A stretch of 64,000 nucleotides of DNA from Nitrospirota bacterium (GTDB lineage: Bacteria; JACPQY01), in the NCBI GenBank assembly GCA_016180645.1, contig JACPAV010000008.1:1-64000 (forward strand), given 5' to 3'. Below, in pieces: positions 29,899 to 41,220 of this stretch. The position numbers and the translations under genes are program-made. The notes below the pieces were generated by a model, which saw only the letters and a program-made list of their open reading frames with translations, had not been told where the DNA came from and ran no database searches. The first letter of the stretch is position 1. Each line of letters starts with the position of its first letter.

Positions 29899-31539
29899 CT
29901 ACTCCTTCGGCGTGTACCATTCAACCAGGCGTGAAGGGCTCAACTCGTCGACCTCACCCCCGATGAGAACCACCTCCCCGTTGGGAAGGATGTCTACGGT
30001 GTGACCGATTCTCCTGGCCTGGGAAAGGACATTGAACGAGAAAGAGACTTCGCGGGTTTCCGGCGTGAAATACATCCAATCCAACAGTCGGACCTCGCCC
30101 TTGAATCCCAGGTCGTATCCCGTGCCGCCGGCCAACAGGATCCGCCCATCCCTGAGCTCCACGACCTTCATCCCCCCTCGGGCCGCGGCCTTGACATCCC
30201 GATCTCCGATGCGCTGCGGAATGAGGATTCGTTCAAATCCCGAGATTCCCCTCGACGCAGGGTCAAACGCGACGAGATCGAGGTAGTTGACCGAGGCCAC
30301 CTTCCCGGTATCTTTCCCGGCTTCGTCCAGCTCCCGCCTGAAGCCGCCGATCAGGGCCAGACGTTCGATGGACGGCAGGTATACGGCCGCCATCCCGGAA
30401 CGCCCCACCCAAGTGCTCTGTCCGTCCGACGGAATCATGGCAGCCGCCTCAAAGCGGCGCCGATCGGGATAGTAGATCTCGACACAGTCGGCCGGTCCGC
30501 CATCACTCGTCACCCCGCCCGCCAGAACGACCACATCCATCCCAGGAATGTACGTGGCCGTGTGGCCGGCACGCGGGCAGACCATGGCTCCCTCGCGCAG
30601 AGCCGTATCGGACATCGCGTCCACATCGATCAGTTCGGCTCCGGCCGACATTTCACCCGTCTTCTCATTCGGGAACGGCATGACCTTGCCGGGCAATCGC
30701 GCCCTCCCCTCACCCCCGAATCCGCCGGCCACCAAGATCGTTCCGTCGCCCAGAAGCGTCGCGGTGTGTTGTCGACGCCCAAACGTCAGCTTGGGCCCCT
30801 GCCCCAGTCGCGCCAACGTCTGCCGGGGATCGAAAATCTCAACGTCGTCGCGCAACTCGCCGTCTTCGGCATTCGCCTGAGAAGGCTGTTTGTTCGCACC
30901 GCCGATGAGGACCACTCGACTGTCCTGATTCACGGTGGCCGTGTGTTGAGAGCGCGCGTTGGGCGAGAATCCAAACCGCGGCTGGAGCGCAACAAGTTCA
31001 AGCGAATGCGCATCCAGCAATTCATACAAACCCACCGAGCGCTTCGCCGTGCCACCCCCCAAGGACTCCGCGATCTCCCCCCCCGTCACGAGCAAGTCCC
31101 CGCTCGGAAGGACGGCCGTGGCATGATGGGCGCGCGCCGAGCTGATCTCGGCAAACGGCGAAAAGCCCTCCACATCCCCCAGAAACAGCGTCACCACCAT
31201 GGAGGTATCCCCCCTTGCAGCCCCGAGATCGATCGGCCCCGCCTTGCCTCTCCGGGTTTCGCCCGCCACCGTTTCCCCCTCCAGAACGATGTAGGCGTTG
31301 GAGATCGGGCCCACGTTGCCCAATTCGTACTCATCCAGTCTGCTGAAGGTCCGTTCCTTCACCACTCGGCCGTCCCGCTCCACTCGCACCGTAAGCTGCC
31401 GCACTCCGGCCAGCGGGCGGGCATACTGGGCCGGAGGCTGCGCGAGTTGGATGAATACCGTGCCGACGTTTTCCGGGCATCCGGCACCGACCGCCAAGAC
31501 CGGCAGCATCACCGACAAGAGGCGAATTCCGAGCTTCAT
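29899..31539 (-). CDS. Kelch-repeat lipoprotein
   Basis: Lipobox VGAGC; repeated R..HTAT.L.DG.ILVAGG kelch motifs. Confidence 0.8.
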   Translation of the reverse strand: MKLGIRLLSVMLPVLAVGAGCPENVGTVFIQLAQPPAQYARPLAGVRQLTVRVERDGRVVKERTFSRLDEYELGNVGPISNAYIVLEGETVAGETRRGKAGPIDLGAARGDTSMVVTLFLGDVEGFSPFAEISSARAHHATAVLPSGDLLVTGGEIAESLGGGTAKRSVGLYELLDAHSLELVALQPRFGFSPNARSQHTATVNQDSRVVLIGGANKQPSQANAEDGELRDDVEIFDPRQTLARLGQGPKLTFGRRQHTATLLGDGTILVAGGFGGEGRARLPGKVMPFPNEKTGEMSAGAELIDVDAMSDTALREGAMVCPRAGHTATYIPGMDVVVLAGGVTSDGGPADCVEIYYPDRRRFEAAAMIPSDGQSTWVGRSGMAAVYLPSIERLALIGGFRRELDEAGKDTGKVASVNYLDLVAFDPASRGISGFERILIPQRIGDRDVKAAARGGMKVVELRDGRILLAGGTGYDLGFKGEVRLLDWMYFTPETREVSFSFNVLSQARRIGHTVDILPNGEVVLIGGEVDELSPSRLVEWYTPKE

Positions 31540-31549
31540 CCGAAATCCC

Positions 31550-31578
31550 TTGAACTGTTGCGGGGGTATTGTACAATA
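31550..31578. promoter_or_regulatory. Palindromic bidirectional -10 element
   Basis: TATTGTACAATA palindrome (31567-31578) gives TACAAT on both strands in a 48-bp divergent gap; TTGAAC at 31550. Confidence 0.5.
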
Positions 31579-31587
31579 ACCTGCGCG

Positions 31588-32010
31588 ATGGCGTTACCCG
31601 ATATCACAATCCGCATCTTGGTTGTAGACGATTTCCAGCCCATGAGGAAGATCATCCGCAACCTTCTCAAACAGATCGGCTATGAGAACGTCTCCGAGGC
31701 CGTGGACGGCATCAATGCCTTGGAGACGCTGAAGGCACAGACCTTCGACCTTGTGGTTTCCGACTGGAACATGCCTCGCATGACGGGGTTGGAGATGCTG
31801 AAGGCCATCCGGGCCGACGATCAACTTCGAGCGCTTCCCGTTCTAATGGTGACGGCTGAAAACGAAATGGAAAAAGTGAAGGACGCTATCGAAGCCGGCG
31901 TGAACTACTACATCGTCAAGCCTTTCACGGCCAAAACTCTCTTGGAGAGACTCGGTCAAGTCTTCACCAAGCCCGCACCCGCCGGCGCCAAGCCCCCGGG
32001 CGCCTCGTAG
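31588..32010 (+). CDS. cheY: Chemotaxis response regulator
   Basis: ILVVDDFQPMRKIIRNLL, SDWNMPRMTGLE, LPVLMVTAE, YIVKPFT. Confidence 0.93.
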   Translation: MALPDITIRILVVDDFQPMRKIIRNLLKQIGYENVSEAVDGINALETLKAQTFDLVVSDWNMPRMTGLEMLKAIRADDQLRALPVLMVTAENEMEKVKDAIEAGVNYYIVKPFTAKTLLERLGQVFTKPAPAGAKPPGAS

Positions 32011-32049
32011 GCGCTCCCTCCCCCGCGTGGGGATGACGATCCCGCATTC

Positions 32050-34115
32050 GTGGACGACGACCTAAAAGAAATTGCCGCGGACTTCATCCGCGAGTCCAAC
32101 GATCTCCTCGGAGCTCTCGATCAGGATTTTGTCGAACTCGAGAAAACCCCGGATGACTCCGAGCTGATCAACCGGATTTTCCGCGGCTTCCACACGGTCA
32201 AGGGAGGAGCCAGCTTCCTCGGCTTCCAGCGATTGGTAGATCTCTGCCAGCACGCGGAAAGCCTCATGAGCAAGGCCCGCAACAAAGACCTGCGCATGAC
32301 ACCGGGAATCATCGACGTCGTTTTCCAAGCCCTCGATCTGGCCAAGGCGTGCCTGAAGACCATTGAGGAAGGAAACCCCGACGCCGTGGAAGTGGAGGCC
32401 CTCATCCAACAATTGGACGCGGCGGCCCAGTCCAAGCCGGCCGCGGCGCCGGCGGCTCAACCTCCGACGCCTCCCCCCCCCCAACCACCGCCGTCCCCTC
32501 TGCGCCGGCCGCCGCGCCCTCCGTCACTGCCGCGCCGCCGAGCTCCCCGGCGGCGGCCGACGCCCCATCGACGCCCGCTCCGTCCACCCGGATCGAATCG
32601 GCGACGACCGCTCCACCCTCGGCCCCCCCCCCGTCGGCCGTCGCGGATCAGGCGGCCATGGCTCCCGCGCCCACCCCCCACCTCCCCGCCGATCGCGAGG
32701 CGAAGAAGAAGATGCTCGGCGAAATCCTCATCGATCTTGGAATCATTACGGACAAGGAACTTCATGACGTCCTGGAGGAACAGCGCGGACATCCGGAACC
32801 GCCCCGCCTGGGCGACCTCCTCGTCAAGAGAGGCCTCGCGACGCAGAACGATATTCATGAAGCCATCAAGGTCCAGCAAGCCGCGCACAAACCGGAGGTG
32901 GCCAAAGAGGTCGAAACGACCATTCGGATCGACGTCGAGCGACTCGATGAGATCATGAACCTCGTGGGCGAACTGGTGCTCAGCCGCAACCGGCTGATGA
33001 AACTTTCAAGCGATTTGGAATCCCGCCTGGCCGAGGACGAGCGCTACGAATCGCTCGTCGAGACCGTTTCCCATCTCAACATCATCACCACCAACCTCCA
33101 GATGGGCGTCATGAAGACGCGGATGCAGCCCGTCCGCCGCCTCCTGAACAAGTTCCCCCGGATGGTCCGAGATATCGCCAAGAAACGCGGCAAAGAAATC
33201 GAGTTCGTCGTCGAGGGCGAGGAGACCGAGCTGGACAAATCGGTGCTCGACGAGATCGGCGATCCCCTCATCCACCTGGTGCGCAACTCCATCGACCACG
33301 GCATCGAGGAGCCCGACGTTCGCGTCCGAAACTCCAAACCTCCGAAGGGCCGCGTGACGTTGAGAGCGTTCCACGAGGGGAACCGCATTGGAATCTCCAT
33401 CTCGGACGACGGGCGTGGGATGGACATCGCGCGCATCAAGCAAAAGGCCCTGGAGACCGGCAAAGTCACGACGGACGACCTGGAGAGGATGACCCGCGAC
33501 GAGATCTTGAATCTCATCTTCCTCCCCGGCTTCAGCACGGCCAAGCAGGTCGACGACGTGTCCGGCCGCGGCGTGGGCATGGATGTGGTGAGAAACAACG
33601 TATCCAAACTGAACGGCACGATCGAGATCAACACGGAGGAAGACAAAGGGTCCACCATCACCCTCCGGCTGCCCCTCACCATCGCGATCATCCAAACCCT
33701 TCTCGTGCGCGAGTGCGGGCAGGTGTTTGCGCTCCCCCTGACCTCCGTCTTGGAGATCGCCAAGCTTCGCGCCGAGGAAATCCGACTGGTCAACCGGCGC
33801 CGGGTGCTCAACCTGCGAAACCACATTCTTCCCCTCTCCAGCGTCGGAGAAAAATTTGGCTTGCATGGCGCGCGTTCTCTGGAAGAATGCGCCTACGTGA
33901 TTGTCCTCGGCATAGCGGAAAAACGGGTAGGTCTCGCCGTCGGCGAGCTCCTGGGCGGCGAGGAAATCACCATCAAATCGGTGGGCAAAGTCATGACGGA
34001 CGTGCGAGGAATCGCAGGGGCAAGCATTACGGGGGACGGACAGATCGTCCTGGTTGCGGATCTGCCCGAGCTCTTCTCCGACCTCGCCGTGGGCTTCCAC
34101 GAGAAAGCGGCGTAG
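32050..34115 (+). pseudogene. cheA: Chemotaxis histidine kinase CheA, frameshifted at C10 tract 32473-32482 (phase variation or sequencing error)
   Basis: Hpt (FRGFHTVKG) in one frame; linker, MshEN, dimerisation, HATPase (HLVRNSIDHG, SGRGVGMDVV) and CheW domains in another; one added base rejoins them. Confidence 0.9.
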
Positions 34116-34180
34116 CGATCCCATGGTATCTCCAATCGCCGTCCTTGAAGCCTTGCGGAGAAGGGCGGCGTAGGGATCCC

Positions 34181-35227
34181 ATGGACGTCATCGGACGGAA
34201 GCTTCGCGTGGTCGTCGTGGATGACTCCATCTTCATCCGCAAGGCCCTGAAGGACATGATCGAGTCCGACGGCACGATCTCCGTCGTCGCCGAAGCGGCC
34301 AACGGGGCCGACGGAGTGGACAAGATCAAGCAGATCAAGCCGGACGTGGCCACGATGGACATCGAAATGCCGGTCATGACCGGGCTTCAAGCCGTCAAGA
34401 AGCTCATGCAGGAATTTCCCGTGCCGATCATCATGGTCAGCTCGCTCACCATCGAAGGCGCGAAGGAGACCATGGAGGCGCTGGAGTCCGGCGCGGTGGA
34501 TTTCATTCCCAAGAATCTTGAAGGCAAAACGCTCAACATCCTCCGGCTCAAGCAGGACCTGATCGAGAAGATCAAGCGCGTGGCCGGGTCGCGGGTCCTC
34601 GGCGCCCGGAAAAAGGCCGAGACGCCGGGCATGGTCGTCCTTCCACCGAAAACCACCCATCGATTCAAGGTCATCACCATCGGCGCCTCCACGGGCGGGC
34701 CTCGAGCGGTGCAGGAAATCATTCCCAGGCTGCCCAAGGATTTTCCCGTGCCCATTCTGATCGTTCAACACATGCCGTCCCCCTTCACCCAGATGTTCGC
34801 CGAACGACTGGCTCAGATGAGCCAGATCCAAATCCTGGAAGCCCGCGCCGGCGAGAAGTTGATGGAGGGTCACGCCTACGTCGTCCCCGGAGACTATCAC
34901 CTCACCATCAAGAAACGAGGCCCCGACGGATTGATCCAATTGTCCAAGGAGCCGGCGGACGCGCCCTACAAGCCCTCGATCAACACCGCGATGCTGTCCA
35001 TGGCGGACGCTTACCCCTCCACCTGCATGGGCGTGTTGCTCACCGGAATGGGAAATGACGGCGTGGAAGGTCTCCGCGCCATTCGCCGCGTGCGGGGCTA
35101 TACCGTTGCGCAGGACGAAAGTTCCTGCGTGGTCTATGGAATGCCCCGCGCGGCCGTGGAGGCCGGCGTCGTGGACAAGGTCCTCCGGCTCGACCAGATC
35201 GCGCCGGAGATGGCGCAAAATGCCTGA
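34181..35227 (+). CDS. cheB: Chemotaxis methylesterase
   Basis: REC plus IGASTGGP, VQHMP, LTGMGNDG, QDESSCVVYGMP. Confidence 0.95.
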   Translation: MDVIGRKLRVVVVDDSIFIRKALKDMIESDGTISVVAEAANGADGVDKIKQIKPDVATMDIEMPVMTGLQAVKKLMQEFPVPIIMVSSLTIEGAKETMEALESGAVDFIPKNLEGKTLNILRLKQDLIEKIKRVAGSRVLGARKKAETPGMVVLPPKTTHRFKVITIGASTGGPRAVQEIIPRLPKDFPVPILIVQHMPSPFTQMFAERLAQMSQIQILEARAGEKLMEGHAYVVPGDYHLTIKKRGPDGLIQLSKEPADAPYKPSINTAMLSMADAYPSTCMGVLLTGMGNDGVEGLRAIRRVRGYTVAQDESSCVVYGMPRAAVEAGVVDKVLRLDQIAPEMAQNA

Positions 35228-35272
35228 GACCTCGGAGAGGGTTCCCACCGGAGGCCGCCCCCCCCGCCCCCA

Positions 35273-35680
35273 GTGAGTGACCACAGACAATTCCATCGCC
35301 TGCCCAGACAATTCGATGTCGAATTTGCGGAACTGAAATGGGGAGAAGAAGCGAATGTCGCAGGAACGACGCAAAACGTGAGCGCCACCGGAGTTCTGCT
35401 CCGCGCGCCCGCCCCCGTGGCCCTCGGCACCTTGATCAAGATGAAATTCAACGTGTCGGGAATCCACCGGTTTCGGCCGGGCTTTTTCAAGCCCGATTCG
35501 GCGCAGGCTCAGCAGGTGGTGGTCCTCGGACGCGTCGTCCGCGTGGACGAAATCGAGCCGGGCCGGCTCTACGACCTCGGTATCCTTTTCATCAACATCG
35601 ATCCGGACGATCAGGAGGCCCTGATGAGCTACATTGAAGCCAAGAAACAAACCCCCAGCACGAAGGAGGACACGGTATGA
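35273..35680 (+). CDS. PilZ domain protein
   Basis: RQFHR (RxxxR) and NVSATG ([D/N]xSxxG), GRVVRV, GILF. Confidence 0.8.
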   Translation: MSDHRQFHRLPRQFDVEFAELKWGEEANVAGTTQNVSATGVLLRAPAPVALGTLIKMKFNVSGIHRFRPGFFKPDSAQAQQVVVLGRVVRVDEIEPGRLYDLGILFINIDPDDQEALMSYIEAKKQTPSTKEDTV

Positions 35681-36921
35681 GCCCAGAAAACCCCACCCCC
35701 ACACGGAGCCGCCATGGAGGACTGCTCCTCAAGCCCGGACGCAGCATTCTCGACCGGCTCATCCTCTTCCTGATCCTCTCAGGACTCGGCGGCGGCGTCC
35801 TGCTTGCCCTGTTCGCCTACCTGTTCATTCCCGCCATGACCCCCGTGAACATGACCTTCTTCGTGGCCGGCTCGATCTTCATGGGACTCTTGATGGCCCT
35901 CGTCAGTTTCCTGCTCATGAACCTCATCGTTCTCCGGCCGCTCGGCCACATGGTCGGCATGCTGCGCACCTTCGCGGAGGGCGAACCCAACCTGCGCGAA
36001 CGGCTCGCCCTCGAATCCGCCGATCTGATCGGCGACATCGTCCACTGGTTCAATGCCCATCTGGACCGCCTGGTCGTTCTGGTCCGGAAAATCCTCCAGT
36101 CCACGGAGCTCGTCTTCTCTTCCACCAAACAGGTTTCCTCCGTCACCGAGGATATCGCCAAGAAAGCGGATGAGTCCGCATCGAAGGTCGGCCAGGTGGC
36201 GACCAGCGCGGAAGAGATGTCCGCCACCGTCCTGGAAATCGCCCGGAACGCCCACGACGCGGCGCTGGCCGCCGATGAAGCCAAGAAAACGGCCGTTCAC
36301 GGAAGCGACGTGGTCTCGGAAACCGTCACGCGCATGCAGGAGATTTCCGCCGTCGTAAAGGAAAGCGCCCAGACCGTTCGACGGCTCGGCGAGAAATCCG
36401 AACAGATCGGCAAGGTGGTCCAGGTGATCGACGACATTGCGGACCAGACCAACCTCCTCGCCCTCAACGCGGCCATCGAGGCGGCCCGCGCCGGGGAACA
36501 GGGCCGCGGCTTCGCCGTCGTTGCCGATGAGGTGCGCAAACTCGCCGAACGCACAACACGGGCCACGAAGGAGATCGCCGAAACCATCCGCACGATTCAG
36601 ATGGAGACCTCCGGCGCCGTCGACGCCATGCGCCGCGGCGTGGAGAAGGTGGACGAGGGAAGCACGTTTGCGACGAAGGCCGGCGAGGCCCTCAGCAACA
36701 TCCTTCAGGGCGTCGAGAAGGTGGCCGACATGATCGGCCAGATCGCCGCCAGCGCCGAACAGCAGTCCGCCGCCACCGAGGAAATCTCTTCGAACATCAC
36801 GGACATCTCCAAACTCTCAAAGGAGACGGCCAGCGGGATCACGGAGGTTTCCCAGGCCGCGGAGGAGCTGAAGAAACTGACCGTCGAGCTGATGAATCTG
36901 GTGACGGCATTGAAGGTGTGA
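35677..36921 (+). CDS. Methyl-accepting chemotaxis protein
   Basis: Two TM helices with a very short loop, [42 protein letters not shown]. Confidence 0.95.
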   Translation: MSPENPTPTRSRHGGLLLKPGRSILDRLILFLILSGLGGGVLLALFAYLFIPAMTPVNMTFFVAGSIFMGLLMALVSFLLMNLIVLRPLGHMVGMLRTFAEGEPNLRERLALESADLIGDIVHWFNAHLDRLVVLVRKILQSTELVFSSTKQVSSVTEDIAKKADESASKVGQVATSAEEMSATVLEIARNAHDAALAADEAKKTAVHGSDVVSETVTRMQEISAVVKESAQTVRRLGEKSEQIGKVVQVIDDIADQTNLLALNAAIEAARAGEQGRGFAVVADEVRKLAERTTRATKEIAETIRTIQMETSGAVDAMRRGVEKVDEGSTFATKAGEALSNILQGVEKVADMIGQIAASAEQQSAATEEISSNITDISKLSKETASGITEVSQAAEELKKLTVELMNLVTALKV

Positions 36922-37008
36922 GGAAAGGGTGACCCCACCACCTGCAACCGGCCCTTGGGGCCGAAGGAAACTGGCCGCACCGCAGGGTGCGGCGTTGCAG
37001 GGGGTGGG

Positions 37009-37467
37009 GTGAAATTCGTCATCTTCCGGATCGCCGATTTGGAGTTCGGCATGGATATCGCCCAAATTCAGGAGATCATCCGCCCCATCGGCATCACCCC
37101 TCTCCCCCAATCCCCGGAGTATATCGAAGGGGTCATCAACCTCAGGGGCAACATCATCCCGGTCATGAACCTCTCCCGAAAACTGGGTCTTCCAGGGGAG
37201 AATCCGGACGAGGTCAGGGAGCGGTTCATCATCTCCCTCTTCGGCGGATCGTCGGTCCAGGGTCCTCGCGTCGCGTTTCGCGCGCACGCCGTTTCCCAGG
37301 TGGTCGACATCGATCCGGCCAACGTGGAGCCGCCTCCGCGAAATTTCACCCATCTTCCCGAGAAAGCCCTTCTCGGCGTGGGCAAGCTCGACGAACGCAT
37401 CGTATTTCTCCTCGTCGTTCACGAGCTGCTGACACCCGACGAACAGCTCTACCTCCAGCGCGTGTAA
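37009..37467 (+). CDS. cheW: CheW adaptor
   Basis: FGMDIAQIQEII..ITPLPQSPEYIEGVINLRGNIIPV. Confidence 0.9.
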   Translation: MKFVIFRIADLEFGMDIAQIQEIIRPIGITPLPQSPEYIEGVINLRGNIIPVMNLSRKLGLPGENPDEVRERFIISLFGGSSVQGPRVAFRAHAVSQVVDIDPANVEPPPRNFTHLPEKALLGVGKLDERIVFLLVVHELLTPDEQLYLQRV

Positions 37468-37482
37468 GATCGAGGGTCTTCC

Positions 37483-38253
37483 ACGAGAACCATCGCGTTC
37501 ATGAATGAGAAAGGCGGCAGCGGCAAGACGACTCTCGCCGTGCATTGTGCCGCCTTCTTTGCGCTTCAGAAACGGCGGGTGCTGCTCGTCGACATGGATC
37601 CGCAGGGGCATGCGGGCAAGGCGCTGGGGAAAGACGTGAACGCACTATCGGCCACGCTGCTGGACGCTCTGGTGGGCGCCGGCATCGGTCTGGGCCCCGT
37701 GGTTCGGACCACGGCGATCGCGGGACTCGACCTGGCCCCCTGCAACAAGACGATGAGCGATTTCGCCCTCAATGCCTTCCGTCATCCCGACCGCCACCTC
37801 AAGCTCAGCCACACACTCCGCGAGGCGGCAGCCTACGACGCCGTTTTCATCGATTCGCCTCCCTCCCTGAGCCTGCTGACCATCAACATCCTCATGGCCG
37901 CGGAGGAAATCGTGATTCCCGTTTCGTGCACCTATCTCGCCTTGGACGGATGCGCGGAAATCCTGAAAACCATCCAGAAGCTCAAGTCGCATTTTCCGCA
38001 AAAGAAACTCGACATCGTCCTCGTGGTGCCAACCCTGTTCCGCGACACCCCCGTCGCTCGCGCCGTGGTCGATCGGCTCGGGCGCTATTTCGGCTCGCGG
38101 CTCTCGGCGGACGCGATTCCACACGACGACACGGTCGATCAGGCCCAGAGCTACGGACAAACGTTGTTCCAATTCGCACCCGAAAGCCTGACGACGCAGG
38201 CGTTCACCCGGATCGGAAGCCGTCTTCTGGCCGGAAGAATCGGCCATGCCTGA
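37483..38253 (+). CDS. ParA/Soj family ATPase within the che operon
   Basis: RTIAFMNEKGGSGKTT, VLLVDMDPQG, IDSPPSL; start inferred at ACG 37483 (first ATG is 37501). Confidence 0.85.
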   Translation, partial: TRTIAFMNEKGGSGKTTLAVHCAAFFALQKRRVLLVDMDPQGHAGKALGKDVNALSATLLDALVGAGIGLGPVVRTTAIAGLDLAPCNKTMSDFALNAFRHPDRHLKLSHTLREAAAYDAVFIDSPPSLSLLTINILMAAEEIVIPVSCTYLALDGCAEILKTIQKLKSHFPQKKLDIVLVVPTLFRDTPVARAVVDRLGRYFGSRLSADAIPHDDTVDQAQSYGQTLFQFAPESLTTQAFTRIGSRLLAGRIGHA

Positions 38254-38977
38254 ATCCAAAGAACCGCCCTCCCCGCTCGGCCGTGATCCTCTCGAGGCCC
38301 TGGATCGCGACAGCCTATGGGCTTTCGATCCCGCCCCGCCCAACCCTCCCGGCGGGGGACCGCACCAGTCGATCCTTCCGGCGCCTTCCGGCGCCATGCC
38401 TCTTCCCATGCCAACGCCCGTCCCCTCACCCCCTGCACAAGGGAACGTTCAAAAACCGCCTTCGCCGAAGCCCGCCCCATCGCCCCTCCACCACCTGGTC
38501 ACCTTCAGCCTCGGAGCCGAGTTGTTCGGGATTGACATCAAGCAGATCCAGGAAATCATCCGTCACCAGGAAGTTTGTCCCGTCCCCAATTCACCGCCCT
38601 ACATGGAGGGCCTGATCAACCTGCGCGGACGTATCCTGCCCGTCATCAGCCTGCGCCGAAAACTCGGCATGATGGACACCGAGCGCGGAGTCTCCGGTGG
38701 CGCAGCGCGCGAACCGTCCCCGACGGCGGATGCGGAGGGCGAGCGGCCCGAGGACACCCGCACCCGCCGCATCATCATCGTTTCCGCCAAGGGATCCCTA
38801 ATCGGCCTGCTCGTGGATTCGGTGAAGGAAGTCATGCACCTCCCCGTCAGTGTGGTGGACCCCCCCGGCACCGTAGCCGGCCCGGAGGCCATGGAATACA
38901 TCATCGGGGTGGGCAAGCTGGAGGATTCCCACCTTCTCTCCATTCTCGACCTCGAGAAGCTGCTTGCGGATCTCTAG
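38246..38977 (+). CDS. cheW: CheW with Pro-rich N-terminal extension
   Basis: [43 protein letters not shown]. Confidence 0.88.
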   Translation: MPESKEPPSPLGRDPLEALDRDSLWAFDPAPPNPPGGGPHQSILPAPSGAMPLPMPTPVPSPPAQGNVQKPPSPKPAPSPLHHLVTFSLGAELFGIDIKQIQEIIRHQEVCPVPNSPPYMEGLINLRGRILPVISLRRKLGMMDTERGVSGGAAREPSPTADAEGERPEDTRTRRIIIVSAKGSLIGLLVDSVKEVMHLPVSVVDPPGTVAGPEAMEYIIGVGKLEDSHLLSILDLEKLLADL

Positions 38978-39017
38978 GAAACCAAGCATTCTGATGCCCA
39001 TGGCCCCACCACCCGCC

Positions 39018-41195
39018 ATGAAATCCCAAATCTCAAATCTCAAATCTCAGATGGATGGCGGGGCGGCCCACCCCTCCGGTCCCGAATCTCAAGGCGGCTT
39101 CCGATGGAGGATCGTGGGCCTTGCCGCCGCCGGCGTGGTCCTCACGGCCGCGGCAGCGTTTGTCCTGGTTCACATCGTCCTCCGCGATCCGTTGCGGGAG
39201 GCATGGCTGGCGCGAACCGAAACCCTGAATCGAACCGCTTCCGCCGTCGTCCGCTCCACGCGGGAAGACGTGCTGGGCGCAACCCTCGCGCCACTGACGG
39301 CGGACCCGGACCTCGCCTGGCTGGAAATCTATCGCTCGGACGGAACCCTCGCCTTTCAGCACCTTCAGTCCAAACCTCCGACGGCCGCCCTGGATCCGGT
39401 CCGTGCCCTCCCGACGGATCGGCTCCAGATCCGGGAAGAAGCCGAGGCATTCGATGTCTGGAGCAAGCTCGTCACCGTCACGATCCATGAGGACGGCAGC
39501 ACGGCCGAGTCCATCTACTTCATCCGTTCCGGCATCACCAAGAATTTTCTCTCCGTCTGGAGCCGTCGGATCGCGGCTCGCTCAGGGATCGCGCTGGGGG
39601 CCGTGGCGCTGCTCCTGATCGCCGTTTCCCTTCCCCTCGCCGCGCGGCTGGTTCGCCCGATCAACGAAATGGCCGAGATCGCCTCCGGAATCGGCCGAGG
39701 CGATTTTCGGCGGCTCGCGCGCGACGACCGAGGCGACGAGGTGGGCGCCCTCGCCCGAAACCTCAACCTGATGCTCGGCGGACTCGCGCAGGTCCTCGAC
39801 CACACCCACGCCGCGCTCCGCGCCATCCGCGACACCTCCGAGTATCTTCAATCGTCCGCGGCCGCCCTGAAAGACGGCTCCGCGGCCCAGCGAGAGGAGT
39901 TCGAGAGCACCCGCGCCGCAACCACCGGCCTGGCCCAGGTTCTCCACTCGATTGCAGGACAGACGGAAACGATCGAGCAATCGGCCTCCCACATCGGTTC
40001 CTCGGTCCACGAATTGACCACCTCCGTCCGCGAGATGAAGAAGTACTTCGCCACCCTTTCCGATCTCCTCGCGCAGACCGTCACCAGCATCCGGCAGATG
40101 GCGGCTTCCATCGCCGAAGTGGCGCAAAGCGCCAAGACGCTCAAACACGTAAGCGAGGAGTCCACTCTGGCCACGAAGTCCCTCGCAGCTAAAACGGACG
40201 AGATATCCCGCCGCTCCCTGGACACCGCTCGACTTTCGCGTGACGCGCAAGCGGCCGCGGAACGGGGCAGCGAAATCCTCAAGAACACCCTGTCCAGCTC
40301 CAACGAAATCTTCCAAACGTTCACCGTGATCAAGGATCACACCCAGATTCTCGACACGGAGCTCCGGAAGATCACGGAGGTCGTGCAGGTCATTGAAGAT
40401 CTGGCCGACAGGACCAATATTCTTTCGCTGAACGCCGCCATTATCGCGGCCCAGGCCCGGGAGCATGGAAAGGGCTTTATGGTGGTGGCGGACGAGATCA
40501 AGAAACTGGCCACGTCCACCACCCATTCCCTCCGCGTGATCGAGTCCACCGTTTCCTCGGTTCAGGACAAGGGCGTGCAGGTGCGCAAGGCCGTCGAAAT
40601 GGGCGAAGACCGCGTCAAACGCGGCATCGGTCTTTCCGAAGAACTTGAACGGTCTCTCCGGGAGATTCTGGAAGCCTTGGCCGTCGGGGCCGAGATGGCC
40701 CAAGAGATCAGCAAGCTCACCCAGGCTCAGAAGGAAAGCACGGACGGGGTGCGTATCACCATCGAACAGGTCGACCGCATGGCCCGGTCCATCTCCACCG
40801 CCACCGGCGAGCAGGCCCAGACCTCCGAGACCATCAACCGCTCCTGTGAAGAGCTTCGCGACATCGCCGATCGAGGCACACGCATGATTGCCGAACAGTC
40901 CGAGGCCGGCAATACCGTGGCCAAAGGAGTTGAAACGATCGTCGATCTCTCTCGCGCGCTCGGCGCCTCGAAGAGCCAGGGTCTGGAGCGCTACGGCCTG
41001 ATCGAACTGGCCGTTGAGAAATTGGAGGAGGTTGCCCTTCTTTCCCTGGAAAACATCGACACGATGCGCCAGAAAATCGATGAATTGGCTCGATTGGCCG
41101 AAACGCTTGAGGCCGAGATTTCGCGGTTCAACGTCCCCGGCCCGTCCGTCGCCTCTTCGCAGCCCCTCCCCGCCACCCCCTCGACTTTGCACTGA
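39018..41195 (+). CDS. Methyl-accepting chemotaxis protein with long cytoplasmic domain
   Basis: Two TMs, periplasmic domain, HAMP ([11 protein letters not shown]), [33 protein letters not shown]; start uncertain. Confidence 0.9.
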   Translation: MKSQISNLKSQMDGGAAHPSGPESQGGFRWRIVGLAAAGVVLTAAAAFVLVHIVLRDPLREAWLARTETLNRTASAVVRSTREDVLGATLAPLTADPDLAWLEIYRSDGTLAFQHLQSKPPTAALDPVRALPTDRLQIREEAEAFDVWSKLVTVTIHEDGSTAESIYFIRSGITKNFLSVWSRRIAARSGIALGAVALLLIAVSLPLAARLVRPINEMAEIASGIGRGDFRRLARDDRGDEVGALARNLNLMLGGLAQVLDHTHAALRAIRDTSEYLQSSAAALKDGSAAQREEFESTRAATTGLAQVLHSIAGQTETIEQSASHIGSSVHELTTSVREMKKYFATLSDLLAQTVTSIRQMAASIAEVAQSAKTLKHVSEESTLATKSLAAKTDEISRRSLDTARLSRDAQAAAERGSEILKNTLSSSNEIFQTFTVIKDHTQILDTELRKITEVVQVIEDLADRTNILSLNAAIIAAQAREHGKGFMVVADEIKKLATSTTHSLRVIESTVSSVQDKGVQVRKAVEMGEDRVKRGIGLSEELERSLREILEALAVGAEMAQEISKLTQAQKESTDGVRITIEQVDRMARSISTATGEQAQTSETINRSCEELRDIADRGTRMIAEQSEAGNTVAKGVETIVDLSRALGASKSQGLERYGLIELAVEKLEEVALLSLENIDTMRQKIDELARLAETLEAEISRFNVPGPSVASSQPLPATPSTLH

Positions 41196-41220
41196 GCAGA
41201 GCGTCTGATAATCTGAGCCG

